Assembly (NCBI GenBank): GCA_964525495.1
Contig: CAZGHS010000003.1
Coordinates: forward strand, 52,022-116,021
Source of the DNA: an uncultured Gammaproteobacteria bacterium
GTDB lineage: Bacteria; Patescibacteriota; Microgenomatia; JALYQM01
Direction: 5' to 3'
Length of the DNA stretch: 64,000 nt
Position 1 is the first letter of the stretch, and every line of letters begins with the position of its first letter. The notes under the pieces are model-generated. The model was not told the origin of the DNA. It worked only from the letters and a program-made list of their open reading frames with translations, and did no database searches. Positions 49,263 through 59,172 of the stretch are shown in pieces. The position numbers and the translations under genes were made by a program.

Positions 49263-51986
49263 TTGCATGAAAATTCTATGGATACTTCGAAAAAAGACGA
49301 CGCACATTTAGATATTGGTAAAGTACAATCGGTTTCGATTGTAGATGAAATGCAAAAATCCTACCTGGACTATGCAATGTCGGTTATCGTTTCTCGTGCG
49401 TTACCGGATGTTCGTGATGGGCTTAAGCCTGTACAGCGACGTATAATTTACGCGATGTTTAAGACGGGATTAATACATGCTCATCGCTACGAAAAATCTG
49501 CGGCCACGATCGGTGAAGTGCTTAAGAATTATCATCCCCATGGTGATATCCCTGTGTATGATGCTTTGGTGCGTATGGCGCAGGACTTTACAATGCGTTA
49601 TCCACTTATTGATGGACAAGGTAACTTTGGGTCTATCGATGGTGACTCGGCAGCAGCTTATCGTTATACAGAAGCTCGTTTGGAAGTAATAACTGAAGAG
49701 ATTTTGCGCGATATAGAAAAAGAAACTGTACCATTTTTGCCAAACTATTCCGGTACGATGGATGAACCAACAGTACTCCCTAGTATACTGCCAAATCTTT
49801 TACTTAACGGCGCTTCGGGTATTGCGGTCGGTATGGCAACGAATATCCCTCCACATAACTTGGGCGAAATAGTTGATGCTGTTTTGTATGTCTTGGAAAA
49901 CTTGAGTAAAAAAGCTCATAAAAAGAAGACTGTTGACGTTGCAGATACAAAATCTGATACAAAGGCAGAAACAGGCGAAATAGTTGATGCTGCATTTGCA
50001 GATAAGACAGTTGAGGAAGCAGTTGATGATTTTGCAGAGTTTCAATTTGAATCGGATGTAACTGTTGACGACCTTATGCAGTTTATTCAAGGTCCTGATT
50101 TTCCAACCGCTGGCTACATTTATGATCGAGCAGAAATTGCAAATGCATATATTACAGGCCAAGGCAGAGTAGTTATGCGAGCTAAAGCTGAAATTGAAGA
50201 GCTAAAGGGTGGAAAATTTGCAATCATTGTAACTGAGCTTCCATATCAAGTAAATAAAGCTACATTAATCGCACGAATTGCTGAACTTCATAAAGATAAA
50301 AAGATTGAAGGTATTAGCGTTTTGCAAGATGAGTCTGATCGAGACGGCATCCGTGTTTATATTGAGTTAAAGCGCGACGCAAATCCTCAATCTGTTTTAA
50401 ATAACTTATTTAAGCTGACTGCTTTGCAAACTACCTTTAACGTAAATATGGTTGCACTTACAGACGCAGGTGTTCCTCGTCTTATGACTCTTAAGACAAT
50501 TTTAGAGTCATTTATTAAGCATCGATTTGTAGTTATTACAAAGAGAACTGAGTTTGAGTTAGAAGAAGCTCGTGCTCGTGCACATATATTGGAAGGTTTG
50601 CTTATTGCAGTAGACCATATTGATGAAGTTATTAAGGTAATTCGTCAAAGCGCTGATGCTGAGGAAGCTAGAACACGTTTGATGGAACGCTTTAAACTGT
50701 CTGAAATACAGGCAACTGCGATACTGGATATGCAATTGCGTAAGTTAGCGGCTCTAGAGCGTAAAAAACTGGAAGACGAGTATGCTGTGTTGAAGGAAAC
50801 AATTGAATATCTAATGGATCTGTTGGCAAATCCAATAAAGATTTTAGTTGTTATCAAACAAGAACTTAAGAAGTTGCGAGAAAAATACGCTGATGAGAGA
50901 CGGACAAAAGTTTACAAATCAAAAATTGGTGAATTTTCTGAAGAGGATTTAGTCCCAAATGAAGCCACAATCGTTACTGTTACTCAATCAGGATACATTA
51001 AGCGCCAAGGGCTTAATGCCTTTCGCACCCAGAGTCGCGGTGGACGTGGTGTCAGTGGAATAACTACGAAAGAAGAGGATGTGGTTTCACATATTTTCGT
51101 CTGTAATACTCATGACAATATTTTGTTCTTTAGTAACAAGGGTAAAGTATTCCAGATTCGTGTGTTCGAAATTCCAGAGTCGAGCCGGGTAGCTAAGGGG
51201 CAGGCATTGGTAAATCTTATAAATATTGAGCAAGGAGAACATGTTACGGCTATTTTGACTGCAGCTTCTCATTCTCAAGGCAAGGGTAAGGTTACCATTC
51301 AGATTGGTGAAGGTGAGACTCCTATAAATGCTGGTGAGGATCAAACTGAGACAATAGTTCAAAATGCGGCAAATACGCGGGAAACTAAGTTTCTCGTAAT
51401 GGGAACACGCCAAGGCACTATTAAAAAGACTGCAATTACGGAATTTTCTAATATCCGCAAATCTGGTTTGATCGCTATTAAATTGAACTCTGGAGATGAA
51501 TTGCGATTTGTGAAACCAAGCACGGGAAGCGATAATTTAATTTTGGTCACATCACAAGGTAATTCTATAAACTTTAAAGAAGGTGAAGTAAGGGAAACTG
51601 CTCGTGATACTGCAGGCGTGCGCGGAATTAAACTTAAGGAAAGTGATTCATTAGTCGGTATGATCGTATACGATAAGCCTGACATGAAGGTTCTGACTGT
51701 CATGGAGCGAGGTTTAGGCAAAATGACGCCTATTAGCGACTGGCCTTCACAGGCTCGTGGCGGACAAGGTGTAAAAGCTGCGAACATTACTGACAAAACA
51801 GGTAAAATTGTTGCCTCGTTGCTCGTACGCTCAGGGCACGAGGGCGTTGTATTAACTTCGCTCAAAGGTGTTATTATCAAGCTTCATCTAAAGGAAATCC
51901 CTACACTGGGACGACAAACACAAGGCGTGATCTTGATGCGCATTTCAGCCACTGGTGATAGTGTTGCAGGCGCAACTGTATTGTAG
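49263..51986 (+). CDS. gyrA: DNA gyrase subunit A (with about 50-aa acidic insertion)
   Basis: [28 protein letters not shown], active-site [10 protein letters not shown]-terminal beta-pinwheel repeats. Extra acidic segment [17 protein letters not shown]...FESDVTVDD. Confidence 0.95.
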   Translation: MHENSMDTSKKDDAHLDIGKVQSVSIVDEMQKSYLDYAMSVIVSRALPDVRDGLKPVQRRIIYAMFKTGLIHAHRYEKSAATIGEVLKNYHPHGDIPVYDALVRMAQDFTMRYPLIDGQGNFGSIDGDSAAAYRYTEARLEVITEEILRDIEKETVPFLPNYSGTMDEPTVLPSILPNLLLNGASGIAVGMATNIPPHNLGEIVDAVLYVLENLSKKAHKKKTVDVADTKSDTKAETGEIVDAAFADKTVEEAVDDFAEFQFESDVTVDDLMQFIQGPDFPTAGYIYDRAEIANAYITGQGRVVMRAKAEIEELKGGKFAIIVTELPYQVNKATLIARIAELHKDKKIEGISVLQDESDRDGIRVYIELKRDANPQSVLNNLFKLTALQTTFNVNMVALTDAGVPRLMTLKTILESFIKHRFVVITKRTEFELEEARARAHILEGLLIAVDHIDEVIKVIRQSADAEEARTRLMERFKLSEIQATAILDMQLRKLAALERKKLEDEYAVLKETIEYLMDLLANPIKILVVIKQELKKLREKYADERRTKVYKSKIGEFSEEDLVPNEATIVTVTQSGYIKRQGLNAFRTQSRGGRGVSGITTKEEDVVSHIFVCNTHDNILFFSNKGKVFQIRVFEIPESSRVAKGQALVNLINIEQGEHVTAILTAASHSQGKGKVTIQIGEGETPINAGEDQTETIVQNAANTRETKFLVMGTRQGTIKKTAITEFSNIRKSGLIAIKLNSGDELRFVKPSTGSDNLILVTSQGNSINFKEGEVRETARDTAGVRGIKLKESDSLVGMIVYDKPDMKVLTVMERGLGKMTPISDWPSQARGGQGVKAANITDKTGKIVASLLVRSGHEGVVLTSLKGVIIKLHLKEIPTLGRQTQGVILMRISATGDSVAGATVL

Positions 51987-52016
51987 GTTGTGTAGTACAT
52001 ACGTTACTATACTTGT

Positions 52017-52610
52017 ATGCGTAAAGTTCGCTGGCCCAAAAATGGTTTTACCTATCCTGAGATGCTCGTAGTAGTTATCATTTTTATTTTGATTTTCTTG
52101 ACTGTATATCCCATGTATAAGCGGTACAATGCGATTACGGAGCTACGTAATACATCTCAAGCTATTCGTGATCAATTGCGCATCGCTCAAAATAAAGCTT
52201 CAAGTGGTGTAACAGCAAGCAATGGACTTGTTTCGCATTGGGTGGTGCATCTTCATCGTGATGGGCTGGAATATGAATATGAAACAGGTGCCTGTCCCGT
52301 TGTTACTGATACCGCTGCTGCTGGTTACAGTAGTCGTTATAGCTTTATGACATGTCCTGATCGTGACGACTATGTCTTGTATGATTTCCCAGAAAGATTT
52401 TCGATCTCTCATCAATATGCAACTGAGAATGAAGTAAATATATTTTTCTCGGCAATTAATGGATCCGTTAAAATATATAGTCAAAACGGAACATTGTTAG
52501 GTGATACTGTTGATATTCATATAAATTCGGACGAGTATGAAGATATGTACGTCGTATTGCGGGTTAATGGATCGGGAAATATTTTTGAAGAACGTCTTCA
52601 AAGTAACTAA
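52017..52610 (+). CDS. Orphan prepilin-type protein (pseudopilin-like)
   Basis: NG|FTYPEMLVVVIIFILIFLTV class III signal, with Gly at -1 and Glu at +5. Confidence 0.55.
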   Translation: MRKVRWPKNGFTYPEMLVVVIIFILIFLTVYPMYKRYNAITELRNTSQAIRDQLRIAQNKASSGVTASNGLVSHWVVHLHRDGLEYEYETGACPVVTDTAAAGYSSRYSFMTCPDRDDYVLYDFPERFSISHQYATENEVNIFFSAINGSVKIYSQNGTLLGDTVDIHINSDEYEDMYVVLRVNGSGNIFEERLQSN

Positions 52611-53557
52611 TTGCTATCACTTTTTTCAATGACATTACTATGAAATGTTTGGTGTACCTCACGCAAATGCTTATTAGAAACGTTAGTGTAGATTTGTGTC
52701 GTGGTAATGGATTTATGTCCAAGCATTTCCTGTATTGATCGCAGATCAGCGCCGTTAATTAGGAGATCAGTTGCGAATGAGTGCCGTAAGACATGCGGAG
52801 TGGTTGGAATGTTAATTCGTGCACGCTTTGCATATTTCTGCACGATACGCTGGACTGTGCGCTGTGTGAGACGCATTTTTTCGCCGTTGTCTGTAGCATC
52901 GACACCTCGTGAGTAGCGTATGAATAGTGGCGCGAAACTATCAGTGCGGATACTTAGATATCTTTTTATCCAATACACCGCGTCTTCACTTAGGAATATG
53001 ATGCGCGCCTTTTTTCCTTTACCAATAATGGTATGCTCACGACGATCAAAATCGAGCTTATCCTTGTCCAGTTTTATAACTTCTGATACACGCAGTCCTG
53101 TACTGAATAGTGTTTCTAGAACGGCTTTGTCACGCAGACCGATTTCGTCTGTCAGATCGATGCTATTGAGTAGCTTATACATTTGGTCACGATCCAGTGC
53201 TAGGACCTCTTTGTGCTCGGCTTTGGGCAGTTCGATCTTGTCTGGAGCCATGGTCTTGATGTCGTTTCGAGCTAAATATTTAAGAAATGACCTAATTGCT
53301 ATCATGTGGTAGTTTTGAGTAATTCTTTGAAGAAATTCGCCCTTTTCGTCTGTGATATTGGCTAAATGAAGCCTAAAAAGCTTCATTGCATGAGTATCTA
53401 TCTTCGATGGAGTAGGGGGGATGCCTTCTGATTGAAGCCAGTTATTGAATCGATCTAAATAATGTCGATAATTGCGAACGGTGAGGGGAGAGCAACCTTT
53501 TTCTACCTGTAGGTAGGAGAGAAAGTCGTCAATATATTCATTGAGATTGAGCAGCAT
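52607..53557 (-). CDS. Tyrosine site-specific recombinase XerC/XerD family
   Basis: HVLRHSFATDLL...LGHKSITTTQIYTNV catalytic R-H-R-Y region; N-terminal SAM-like domain. Confidence 0.9.
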   Translation of the reverse strand: MLLNLNEYIDDFLSYLQVEKGCSPLTVRNYRHYLDRFNNWLQSEGIPPTPSKIDTHAMKLFRLHLANITDEKGEFLQRITQNYHMIAIRSFLKYLARNDIKTMAPDKIELPKAEHKEVLALDRDQMYKLLNSIDLTDEIGLRDKAVLETLFSTGLRVSEVIKLDKDKLDFDRREHTIIGKGKKARIIFLSEDAVYWIKRYLSIRTDSFAPLFIRYSRGVDATDNGEKMRLTQRTVQRIVQKYAKRARINIPTTPHVLRHSFATDLLINGADLRSIQEMLGHKSITTTQIYTNVSNKHLREVHQTFHSNVIEKSDSN

Positions 53558-53986
53558 ATGAGATTTTTATATCACAATATTTACTCAATGTATATTCTAT
53601 ATTGTGCGACATAGGCGAGAGATGTCGAGATAGAGGCTATCTGTCAGAATGTGCTTTATTAGTAAGTGTTGCGTCGTTATATTTACTATCTTAGGAGGGT
53701 AATATGTAAGAGGAGATAGTGCTATTAATTGATTAGATAGAAATTGAGCCTAAATATATATAAATTTATAGATTTTTGATAACTTGTTATATTGTGTGCA
53801 ATGCAGCAGTTTTAACTATAACTGAGCTCATATTAGCCATATACTGGTGTGGCTTTTGAATGCCAAGCCTCTATAGAGCACTACAGAGCCTCCCTTTTAG
53901 CCTCAATCTGCGATATGCCTAATGTCGTAAAAGATATATTGTGCGACATGATATATCTATTAAAACAGCCCCTACTGCCCTGTTCT

Positions 53987-54778
53987 TTATCCCTGCCATG
54001 CTGTGGTAATTATCATAATAATAAATACGATGCATGCAACGATCGCGTATTCAACAATTGGTTTACGTGTAAGCTTCTTTTCGTAGAAATGCTGTAATAT
54101 TCCTAGAAGTACGTAATATACGGCTACCAGGAATAATGAGGTCATTGCCACTGATTGCGGATAGAAATGCATTAGTATGTTGATCTGGATGAATACTATG
54201 GAGATGACGGCTATATAGAGGCTTGTACGCCTCGAGAAGGCTGATATTAGATCAAAGGACCACAGGAACTGTAGTGTTAAAGGTGAAATGGTGAGTGTTA
54301 TTAAAATGCTTGAATATACAATATCCGCATGAAGTGAGACTATGTAGGACAACAAGAAATATGCGGTCAAAAGCGTGGCTATATACGAGACTGCATGAGC
54401 GGCCCTGAGTAATTGTATTGTTCGAATAGCAGCTACATTAAAAATGTTTTCAGTGAGTAGAATAATGTATGTTCCGATTGGAATAAGTGCGTATAAAGGG
54501 TACCGAAAGATTTTTCTTTCAGGCAATATTGATATAAACAAATTGCTGCCGACAATAAAGGTGATTGGCAATATAAACAATGTAAGGTATTCAATGCCGG
54601 TTATATTTTCCCAAAGTGCATAATACATAATGGCATATAGGACTATGATTATCCCAATTAGTCCGAGAGGTCCGTACTGCCATATGGTGGGAAAAAACCA
54701 CGATAATCCGAAAGTTGCGATGCTGGCGAGTATAAATCGTTGTCGCTTGGTAAGGGAAATAAGTTTTAATGATGCCAC
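53987..54778 (-). CDS. Polytopic integral membrane protein (hypothetical)
   Basis: At least 7 hydrophobic helices. No motif recognised. Confidence 0.45.
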   Translation of the reverse strand: MASLKLISLTKRQRFILASIATFGLSWFFPTIWQYGPLGLIGIIIVLYAIMYYALWENITGIEYLTLFILPITFIVGSNLFISILPERKIFRYPLYALIPIGTYIILLTENIFNVAAIRTIQLLRAAHAVSYIATLLTAYFLLSYIVSLHADIVYSSILITLTISPLTLQFLWSFDLISAFSRRTSLYIAVISIVFIQINILMHFYPQSVAMTSLFLVAVYYVLLGILQHFYEKKLTRKPIVEYAIVACIVFIIMIITTAWQG

Positions 54779-54841
54779 TTCCCTATTTTATCACAGATAA
54801 AATATTGACAAAGGTGTAACTATGCTTGTACTATTTCCATT

Positions 54842-55579
54842 ATGATTCAATCTGTCCTTGTGCAGAAAGCTATTCACGCAGCTTTACATTCAGAATGGCA
54901 AACCGCAATTGATCTTAATGAAAAGATCCTGGAACAATTTCCACAAGATTTGGATAGTTTAAATCGATTAGCGCGGGCTTGCTTTGAAACGGGTGATATT
55001 TCTCGTTGTAAGCAGATATATAAAGAGGTGCTCGAGATAGATCCTTATAACGTTATCGCGCAGAAGAATATGCGTCGATTTCAACTACTTAAAGGCAATG
55101 GTGATGAATTGTCTTTTTCTCTTGCCCAATCAGCTAAAAACTTAGCGTCTGCAGGATTTTCCAAGCCAATGACAAATTTTATTGAAGAGCCAGGTAAAAC
55201 CAAGGTTATTCAGTTAGTTCGTATCGCAGAGCCCCAAGTACTTTTTACACTTCATAGTGGTGATGTAGTGGTGTTAACTCCTAAGCAGCGAGGCGTTCAT
55301 ATTTTTACGGAATCTAATTTGTATATTGGTCGTATTCCTGATGATCTCGCATATCAGCTTCATTATTTAATGAAAAGTGGAAATAAATACGAGGGATACA
55401 TTAAGACTGTTCAAGCTAATGTAGTGTACGTCTTTGTCAGAGAGCTTTATAGAACTCCGGAATTTATTTCTCGGCCTACCTTTTCTTATATGGTTGAAAT
55501 ACCTGCGCAGGAAACATTATCAGAGCCTGAGAGCACCGAAACAAGTGAAGAAGAAATTAACCCTGACGAGCAGTCGTAG
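54842..55579 (+). CDS. Hypothetical protein with N-terminal TPR-like repeats and acidic tail
   Basis: TPR-like helical repeats (AIDLNEKILEQFPQDLDSLNRLARACFETGD...); acidic C-terminus. Confidence 0.45.
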   Translation: MIQSVLVQKAIHAALHSEWQTAIDLNEKILEQFPQDLDSLNRLARACFETGDISRCKQIYKEVLEIDPYNVIAQKNMRRFQLLKGNGDELSFSLAQSAKNLASAGFSKPMTNFIEEPGKTKVIQLVRIAEPQVLFTLHSGDVVVLTPKQRGVHIFTESNLYIGRIPDDLAYQLHYLMKSGNKYEGYIKTVQANVVYVFVRELYRTPEFISRPTFSYMVEIPAQETLSEPESTETSEEEINPDEQS

Positions 55580-56162
55580 TACTCTCCCCCTCTAAAGCGT
55601 TGTGAACAATGTTAGAGAAAAGCCTATTTTGAGTAGTTATATCTGGGGATAGTGTGTGAATTCGCTTATAAAAATTCTCCCACAGTAATTGATCGATACC
55701 GCTCAATACATATTCTGGTGGTCTTTTAAAGAGGATGCGTCTAGAGACATAGAAGACGTTCGTGTATTTGCTGCGTATGATGTACTGATACGCTAGAACG
55801 TTTTTACCTGTTAAATTAGTAACATTTTCTTCAATAATAAAATCAGATAGTATTTGTGGTTGCCAAATACTTGCGCTCATTGGATAGTAAAATACATAGA
55901 TAGGGTCTTTGGTTGTATACATTTTTTCAATTACAACATCGTAAGCAGGATTCTGCAGTAAGAAACCGAGCATTCTTTGAAACTCTTGTTCAAACCCTTG
56001 TAGCGTATCGATTATGATCGGTGCTGGTGGTACGTATGCTGGTTGTGTTTTAAGTTTTGGTGTCTCTATTTTCGAAAGGTCCGGAAGAAGCTCTTTCATG
56101 GATCGAAGTGTCAGAACGACACCTCCGATAATGATAATTACGATAAATATCCCAATAGCCAT
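55557..56162 (-). CDS. Hypothetical membrane-anchored protein
   Basis: N-terminal TM IGIFIVIIIIGGVVLTL. Confidence 0.4.
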   Translation of the reverse strand: MAIGIFIVIIIIGGVVLTLRSMKELLPDLSKIETPKLKTQPAYVPPAPIIIDTLQGFEQEFQRMLGFLLQNPAYDVVIEKMYTTKDPIYVFYYPMSASIWQPQILSDFIIEENVTNLTGKNVLAYQYIIRSKYTNVFYVSRRILFKRPPEYVLSGIDQLLWENFYKRIHTLSPDITTQNRLFSNIVHNALEGESTTTARQG

Positions 56163-56198
56163 TCTATTATTATACTATAGGATATTATTAAGATCAAA

Positions 56199-57278
56199 CT
56201 ACAATGATGTATTGCCTTCAATCAGGCTCGCATAGGAGTTTCCAATAATTACAGTGATATCTGAAGTTGAGCTTTCTGGACTCACAAAGACTTCACAGTC
56301 AATCAGTGCGCGCTTTAGCTCAATTACTGTTGCTGAGTTTTCCCATTCCTTTTTGGAGATAATAATCTGTGTTTTCTCTGAAATCTCAGTGCGATTTCCT
56401 ACATCGATTACTACACCGCCCATGTTTGTTACGATACGAGCAAACTTTCCGCCAAGTCCAGTCACTTGAGTACTGTTTTCTATCTGAATATTGGCTTTCT
56501 CTTGCATTAATGCAATATTTTGAAAAGACTTTTTGATATATGCATCGAGCTTATTTTGATCTGATGTAACTACAGGACTGCCGTCCTTACTAATTTCTTT
56601 ACTACCGATCCCGTATTCTACAATATCGATATCTGTAGTCATTTCTGCGGGAATTCCTCGTAATACTTGCGCAAGATGTAACATGTTCCACGGGGACTGT
56701 GAAGTGATGAGGTTTTGTGTAGCCCAGTCTTTATCGAATGTTAGTTTAAACATGGTAAATGGTTGTGTTAGCCATGTACTAAATGGTGTTTCGCTTTCGC
56801 TATTTGTTTTTACAATGTAGATTGTTTTGGCTGGAACTCCGAAATATTCTGTAAGTGTTTGATTTATTAAACTATGTGTATCTTTTCCTTGTTCAAGATT
56901 TGCTATCTTGTAAAGAGAAGCTAATTTAAACTCATCAAAGCCATACGGAAGATGCATGATTGTTTCCGCTGGTAAATGAATGGTTTTGAGTGTTTGCTCG
57001 TGAGTGTCAACTATGGATAAAGATGCTTGTGTCACATAGTCTTGTTCGTCAAGTTGCAATGTGTAGAAACGAATTTGATCGGTTTCAGCATACACTCCGA
57101 ACTCTGATTCTTCAGAAGCGTATATGGAGATAGGCTCTAAAATATGCCTGGCAGTCCACGCACCATACCCCACCAAAGATATCGTGCTTATCAGTCCAAC
57201 GCAAATAAGCATCCGTGAGGCGCGTTTTTTAAATTGTTTGAGAGAGCCGTTTGACCGAGCTCTTTTTTTTTTAGCCAT
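56199..57278 (-). CDS. Hypothetical membrane-anchored extracytoplasmic protein
   Basis: Basic N-terminus, TM, about 300-aa extracellular domain. LCP-family membership was considered but the conserved Arg motifs were not seen. Confidence 0.4.
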   Translation of the reverse strand: MAKKKRARSNGSLKQFKKRASRMLICVGLISTISLVGYGAWTARHILEPISIYASEESEFGVYAETDQIRFYTLQLDEQDYVTQASLSIVDTHEQTLKTIHLPAETIMHLPYGFDEFKLASLYKIANLEQGKDTHSLINQTLTEYFGVPAKTIYIVKTNSESETPFSTWLTQPFTMFKLTFDKDWATQNLITSQSPWNMLHLAQVLRGIPAEMTTDIDIVEYGIGSKEISKDGSPVVTSDQNKLDAYIKKSFQNIALMQEKANIQIENSTQVTGLGGKFARIVTNMGGVVIDVGNRTEISEKTQIIISKKEWENSATVIELKRALIDCEVFVSPESSTSDITVIIGNSYASLIEGNTSL

Positions 57279-57416
57279 GGGCAGTAATAGCTTCTAAAGA
57301 ATAGTCCGTGTTATAGAGTTAGATGTATATAACGATAAGTAACTTTACTCATTTTTGTCAAATAAATTCGTATATTATTCGGTTTTTCTCTGTTACAATG
57401 TCTTAGGAGGATACAC

Positions 57417-58784
57417 ATGACTAAACTAATTCAATATGACTACTCTTTTATGCTATCTGACGTCGTCGGAGAGCATGGTGCGACAATGAATGATTTAGCA
57501 GGGCTTCAATCTCAGATGCTTGAGATGAGAACCTCACATTTTTCCAAAGAGTCTCCTCTGGGCTTTATGACGCTCCCCTTTGAAACCGAAACAGTGAATA
57601 CTGTAAAGCAATTAGCTGAAGAAGTTGCTGCGCGTTTTTCTACTTTAATAGTTTTAGGTATCGGGGGTTCTGACTTGGGTGCTCGAGCTACCATACAAGC
57701 TCTCCCCTCCTCTGGTATGACTGTTTTGTTCCTTGGTAGTAATACAGATCCAATCGAAATAGAACAGACTTTGAATGGAGTTTCATGGCCTGACACGGCA
57801 GTTAATGTAATTTCCAAATCTGGTGACACTATTGAAACAATGTCGACCTTTATCTATATTCGTGACCAATTAAAAAAAAGTGTCGGAGATAGTTTTAATG
57901 AGCATATTATTGCAGCGACTGATGCGTCGACAGGAACACTCCGCACTATTGCAGAAAGAGAAAAATATAGAACATTAGTTGTACCAGAAAATGTTGGTGG
58001 TCGGTTCTCTGTTCTTTCAACAGTAGGCCTTTTTCCTATCGCATGCGCAGGGGTAGATATTGTTGCCTTGCTGGAAGGATCTCGAGATCTTTGTCTTGAT
58101 CTTAATAACTTCGATAATACTAAGATGCACGGTGTTGAAATATTCTCTGCATTACATTTCTTGGGTTTTACACAAAAGAATCAGAACGTGCATGTCTTTA
58201 TTCCGTATGCCACTTCTTTGCGCAATGTCGGTTTTTGGTTTCGACAACTTTGGGCTGAAAGCCTCGGGAAACATATGACGGTTGATGGACAGACTGTGTA
58301 TACCGGTCCTACTCCTGTTGCTGCGCTTGGTGCAACTGATCAGCATTCACAATTTCAACTGTATTACTATGGACCGTTTGATAAGCTTATAACTTTTGTT
58401 GATGTTGAAGATTATGGAAGCGACTTAGAAGTCCCGGAAGGTTTTGAAGACATTGAAGGCATTTCCTATACCAAAGGTCTTCGCTTTGAAAAAATTCTTC
58501 GTTCAGAGCTGCAAGCATCTTCTCTTGCACTCGCTGAACGTAAGCGTCCCAATGGACGACTAATTTTGCCTGAAATATCTGCATATACCATTGGACAGTT
58601 ATTCCAATTTCTTGAGATTGCCACAGTATATGTTGGATTCTTACTGCGTATTAATCCCTTTGATCAACCTGGAGTTGAGCTTGGAAAGCAAAATATGTAT
58701 GCGATTTTGGGCAGAAAAGGGTTTGAAAAGCGGAACGAAGAGCTTCAACAACTAATGAAATTTTATGCTAAAAGAGTTGTTTGA
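57417..58784 (+). CDS. pgi: Glucose-6-phosphate isomerase (short bacterial/archaeal type)
   Basis: LGIGGSDLGARA and NVGGRFSVLSTVGLFP SIS-domain motifs. Promoter-like TTGTCA-N17-TATTCG / TGTTACAAT upstream. Confidence 0.9.
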   Translation: MTKLIQYDYSFMLSDVVGEHGATMNDLAGLQSQMLEMRTSHFSKESPLGFMTLPFETETVNTVKQLAEEVAARFSTLIVLGIGGSDLGARATIQALPSSGMTVLFLGSNTDPIEIEQTLNGVSWPDTAVNVISKSGDTIETMSTFIYIRDQLKKSVGDSFNEHIIAATDASTGTLRTIAEREKYRTLVVPENVGGRFSVLSTVGLFPIACAGVDIVALLEGSRDLCLDLNNFDNTKMHGVEIFSALHFLGFTQKNQNVHVFIPYATSLRNVGFWFRQLWAESLGKHMTVDGQTVYTGPTPVAALGATDQHSQFQLYYYGPFDKLITFVDVEDYGSDLEVPEGFEDIEGISYTKGLRFEKILRSELQASSLALAERKRPNGRLILPEISAYTIGQLFQFLEIATVYVGFLLRINPFDQPGVELGKQNMYAILGRKGFEKRNEELQQLMKFYAKRVV

Positions 58785-58869
58785 TTACGCCTTTATAATG
58801 CATTAATCTGTGTGTTTTTAGCGCAGCTTTTTAATAGACAAAGATATGTGATTCTACTACCATTGTAGT

Positions 58870-59172
58870 ATGTCAGACCTGCCCAATACTCTTAACTTTC
58901 AGATGCTTGCTGATCGAATTCGCATTGCTCGTAAAGAAGCCACACTTTCTCAAATTGACCTTGCTCAGTTAGTGGGAGTTTCTGATAAGGCGATTAGCTC
59001 ATATGAAGTCGGTAGAGCTGTTCCCCCACTCGATATTCTTAAGAAAATAAGTGTCGTAACAAGTAAGCAAATGTCGTTCTTTTTTGAAGAAGATCCGGCC
59101 ACACGCGTAGTCTTACAAAAAGTTGATAAGATGATTGAAGAATTGAACAACATTAAAAAGATATTTAATTAG
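58870..59172 (+). CDS. XRE-family helix-turn-helix transcriptional regulator
   Basis: LSQIDLAQLVGVSDKAISSYEVGRAVP HTH. Confidence 0.8.
   Translation: MSDLPNTLNFQMLADRIRIARKEATLSQIDLAQLVGVSDKAISSYEVGRAVPPLDILKKISVVTSKQMSFFFEEDPATRVVLQKVDKMIEELNNIKKIFN

Noticed and set aside
53849-54097. 82-aa plus-strand Cys-rich ORF
   Set aside because: It overlaps the 3' end of the minus-strand polytopic membrane protein and lies in an AT-rich spacer. It is likely spurious.
56199-57278. LytR-CpsA-Psr (LCP) phosphotransferase assignment for the membrane-anchored 359-aa protein
   Set aside because: The architecture (N-terminal TM plus an extracytoplasmic domain) fits, but I could not see the conserved Arg/Asp LCP motifs. 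It is left as hypothetical.
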